Shown: in pieces, positions 61,207 to 64,000 of the stretch
Numbering within the stretch: position 1 is the first letter of the stretch
Layout of the letters: each line of letters starts with the position of its first letter
NCBI GenBank assembly: GCA_038496445.1
Contig: JALMLS010000423.1
Location: forward strand, 124,001-188,000
Source: Trichosphaerium sp. ATCC 40318
Lineage: Eukaryota; Protista; Tubulinea
Length of the DNA: 64,000 nucleotides
Reading direction: 5' to 3'
Notes under the pieces: generated by a model
Told to the model about the DNA's origin: nothing
What the model saw: only the letters and a program-made list of their open reading frames with translations
Databases searched by the model: none
Translations under genes and position numbers: made by a program

Positions 61207-64000
61207 ATGATACCTGCTGCATTGCGAGCAGTATCATTGGTTAGCTCGTTGTGGCAAGAAGAGGAGCATGTGTTAAAACATCAAGATGTTCTACAGGCTG
61301 CGTCTGTGGAAGAGATTGAGTATGCTACGTTACTAGGGCAAACAAAAGTACACCGTGTCTATTTTCAAGCATCGTTAACAGGCGTAGAGAGCTATGAATA
61401 AGGTCGAAAGCGTTTGCCGTATAGCTCAGAGCGACAAAGAAGTATTATTTGCTTGGATTGGTACGCTTTGTCTTTTAAGCAAACATGCTAATTTGACTAT
61501 TTACGCCCAGATACCTTGGAAGCATTTCACAGATCATTTTCTGCTTCTTTAGCAACGGTTTGTAAAAAAAACCGTATAGAAGACCAAATACATGACCTTT
61601 CAACTTTATTTACGTCTCATGTACGTTGTACACAGTAATTCTAATTATCCGCTCCCATAACAACCAATATATAAAAACCCTTAAACATGCGGTCTGCAGC
61701 GCGTTTTATTGACTTTAACGCAAGGAGTCGGATTTTAAAGTGTACGTAAAGTATGTAAGTAGCTACGACAAGAAAGTGGCCATGTGCGATCAATTAGAAG
61801 CGAATAATGATTTATTCGAGCAGTTTTTAATGGCACGTGAGAACAACCTATTTCCTTTTTTATTTTTTAGGCAGTTTTTCGGTTTTTTGGATCTTTTTTT
61901 ATGTTAGGTTGTACACATTTACTAACAGTTTTACGAAGGAGTTCTCTGAGCAATCAGGTGGTTTTAGTCTTCGAGATGCATTATTGAGGCCACTACAAAG
62001 ATTTGCAGAGTACATTGTGTTGTTGAAGGTAGACAACGAAAAAAACCGTGTTTGGATGTTTTTATTCTAATGTTGTTGTTTGTTTAGGACTTAACGAGTT
62101 GTGAAGATGTTTCAAAAGAACTTGCATCCAGTTTACAAGAGGTATGTGGTTAAATAAGTCAGTTAAAAAACATTAACGTTATTTTTTTTCAATTTTAAAA
62201 GGCATGCTCAATCTTCACTACTATATCCTATCACACGAATAATGAAATGGCTATAGTATCTGAATCTACTCTCACTATTGAGAGAAAAAGAATTTCAGCA
62301 CGACATGGTGTTGTCAAGGTATTTATTAACAGAAATGTCCAACCGTTTTTTGTAACTGTTTTTTTCTATGGCAGATATTTGATTCAAAAAAGAAAGTTAT
62401 GGTACCAGTCGATTTTTCAAATGTAATAGTAGCAGAAAAGATGGTGGGTTTATCTACAAAAATTGCAGGTAAGCTTGATGCTATAAAGGATCTTGAGGTT
62501 TTCACGGTCACATAAAAAATTGTTCACAAGTCGTTAATTTTTTTTAGATTTTTATGCTTGTCATGTCAGTGGTATCAAGTTTTTGATGAAACAATTTGAT
62601 TTGAAACCTGAATCTCTCGAATTTTGGAGAAAAGAAGTTGCTATTTTAAATAATCTACCACACCACGCTAATATAATTCGGTACAACAATCAAAATCTTT
62701 TTTATTTTTTTACCAGTGAAAACCGAAAGTTGTTTTTTGTTAGAAAACATTGTCACGTGAACTGTTCACACCAAACTTTTAAAAAACGTCCGTGAACACT
62801 TATAACAAAGGTGATAGAGCCTGTTTTTTTGTTTTATTTGAACGTACAGTGACACTTTGCTTGTATTTTTTAACCAAGCATTTGTAGTAATAGAGTAATT
62901 ACTCAGTTTTGTTGTAGATATGTCTATAGCTCCGAGAAAGGTCAGCAAGTTCGTATCTTCTTGGGTTACTATTCAACAACACTACGCGCCATTTTTGATG
63001 ATAGAAGGGTATGTTTGTAATGATCCTGGGGTGAAACGACATTATATGAACGAAATTCTATTTTTTTCGAATTAACTTTGTTTGTGCTAAATATTACCCT
63101 TGTAGCGGCGAAATGTTCCTTTTACACTTGATGAGATTATTATTTTACTCAAAAATATTCTACGTGGTCTACAATTTTTACATACCTATGATATAGTCTA
63201 CAGGAACCTAAGTATTGACAACGTACGTAGTATTTTTTGTTTTGTGGGTTTTTTTAATGTTTTTTGTATCTACTCGAAAAGTTGTGTATTTTGGTTTAAA
63301 TGTCCGCTGTCAACTGATTACACGCTTTTAGTTATTTGTTGAGAATAATTCTTTGGGTGCTATTGCGACTTGCGTGTTGGGTAATTTAGACTACGCTAAA
63401 CCAATTACAGCCAATATCAAGGCCAAAACCAATATTGGCAAGCCGTGTACGTAATATCGATCGTTGACGTTCAGAAAAAATTGTTCTGATCAAATTCTTA
63501 GCCTACTCTGCTCCAGAAGTACTTGGATCAAAAAACAGAGATAATTACTCATTTTATGCTGACAGTAAGTCCATCAACTTTTTTGCTTGTTAATAAACCA
63601 ACCGGACTGTGTTATTAACACAAGTACACCGAAGACTCGTCTCCTCTAACTTTTGTTAAGTTTGGTCTTTGGGAATGGTTATATACGCTCTAATTAGCTT
63701 AAAAATACCTTATGAATCAAGATCATACAATATACTACCAGAACTTGAAGCTGGACGAACACCACAGCTACCAAAAGGTAATTAACCATCAAGATGAGAC
63801 TTTTATACATAAGAGAACTAAAACATTGTTAGATTTGCCTAAAGAGAAAAAATTCTTGGCGGAACTCTATCGACAATGTACAAATTTTGTTCCTCAGGTA
63901 TGTCACCCTTGATGTTGGTTGCAATACCACATATGTCTGTTCATAACACATACTGATTTATTGAAGGAACGGCCGTCTATAGAAACGCTACAAAAGGCAT
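61207..64000 (+). CDS. RhoGEF (DH) plus kinase-like domain protein, truncated by the window end
   Basis: DH motif LRDALLRPLQRFAEYIVLLK; kinase-fold exons MKQF...EVAILNNLPHHANII, ILRGLQFLH..IVYRNLSIDN, YSAPEV, WSLGMVIY. Confidence 0.8.

Noticed and set aside
1-64000. Alternative genetic code or stop readthrough to explain fragmented ORFs
   Set aside because: Fragments join cleanly by GT-AG/GC-AG splicing, and all three stop codons terminate genes.

Overview
Gene-dense, AT-rich (roughly 35% GC by eye) eukaryotic nuclear DNA using the standard genetic code (TAA, TAG and TGA all act as stops). Introns are many and mostly short, with donors GTACGT/GTAAGT/GTGCGT. Gene content suggests a free-living amoeboid protist (Amoebozoa-like; inference). 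I reconstructed about 25 protein genes by hand: RING E3, RhoGEF-PH-Kelch, GOT1, GH38 alpha-mannosidase, two Kazal-like peptides, cytochrome P450, CX5R phosphatase, a Rim4-like 3-RRM protein, a Rieske protein, profilin, HAD-IIA hydrolase, AlkB, an inverted pair of family C GPCRs flanking a FUT8-like fucosyltransferase, an intron-rich bacterial-type NAD+-dependent DNA ligase carrying three tRNA genes in its introns, a RhoGEF-pseudokinase, and several intronless F-box/LRR and F-box/MORN genes. The most striking signal is not a gene. The palindrome CACGTG occurs at least 63 times (manual count; about 6 expected) across exons, introns and intergenic DNA, and eight non-canonical GC-AG introns all start with exactly GCACGTG. 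This suggests a HIP1-like palindrome-generating process that is rewriting splice donors. Exon boundaries were derived manually and are unverified by RNA data.
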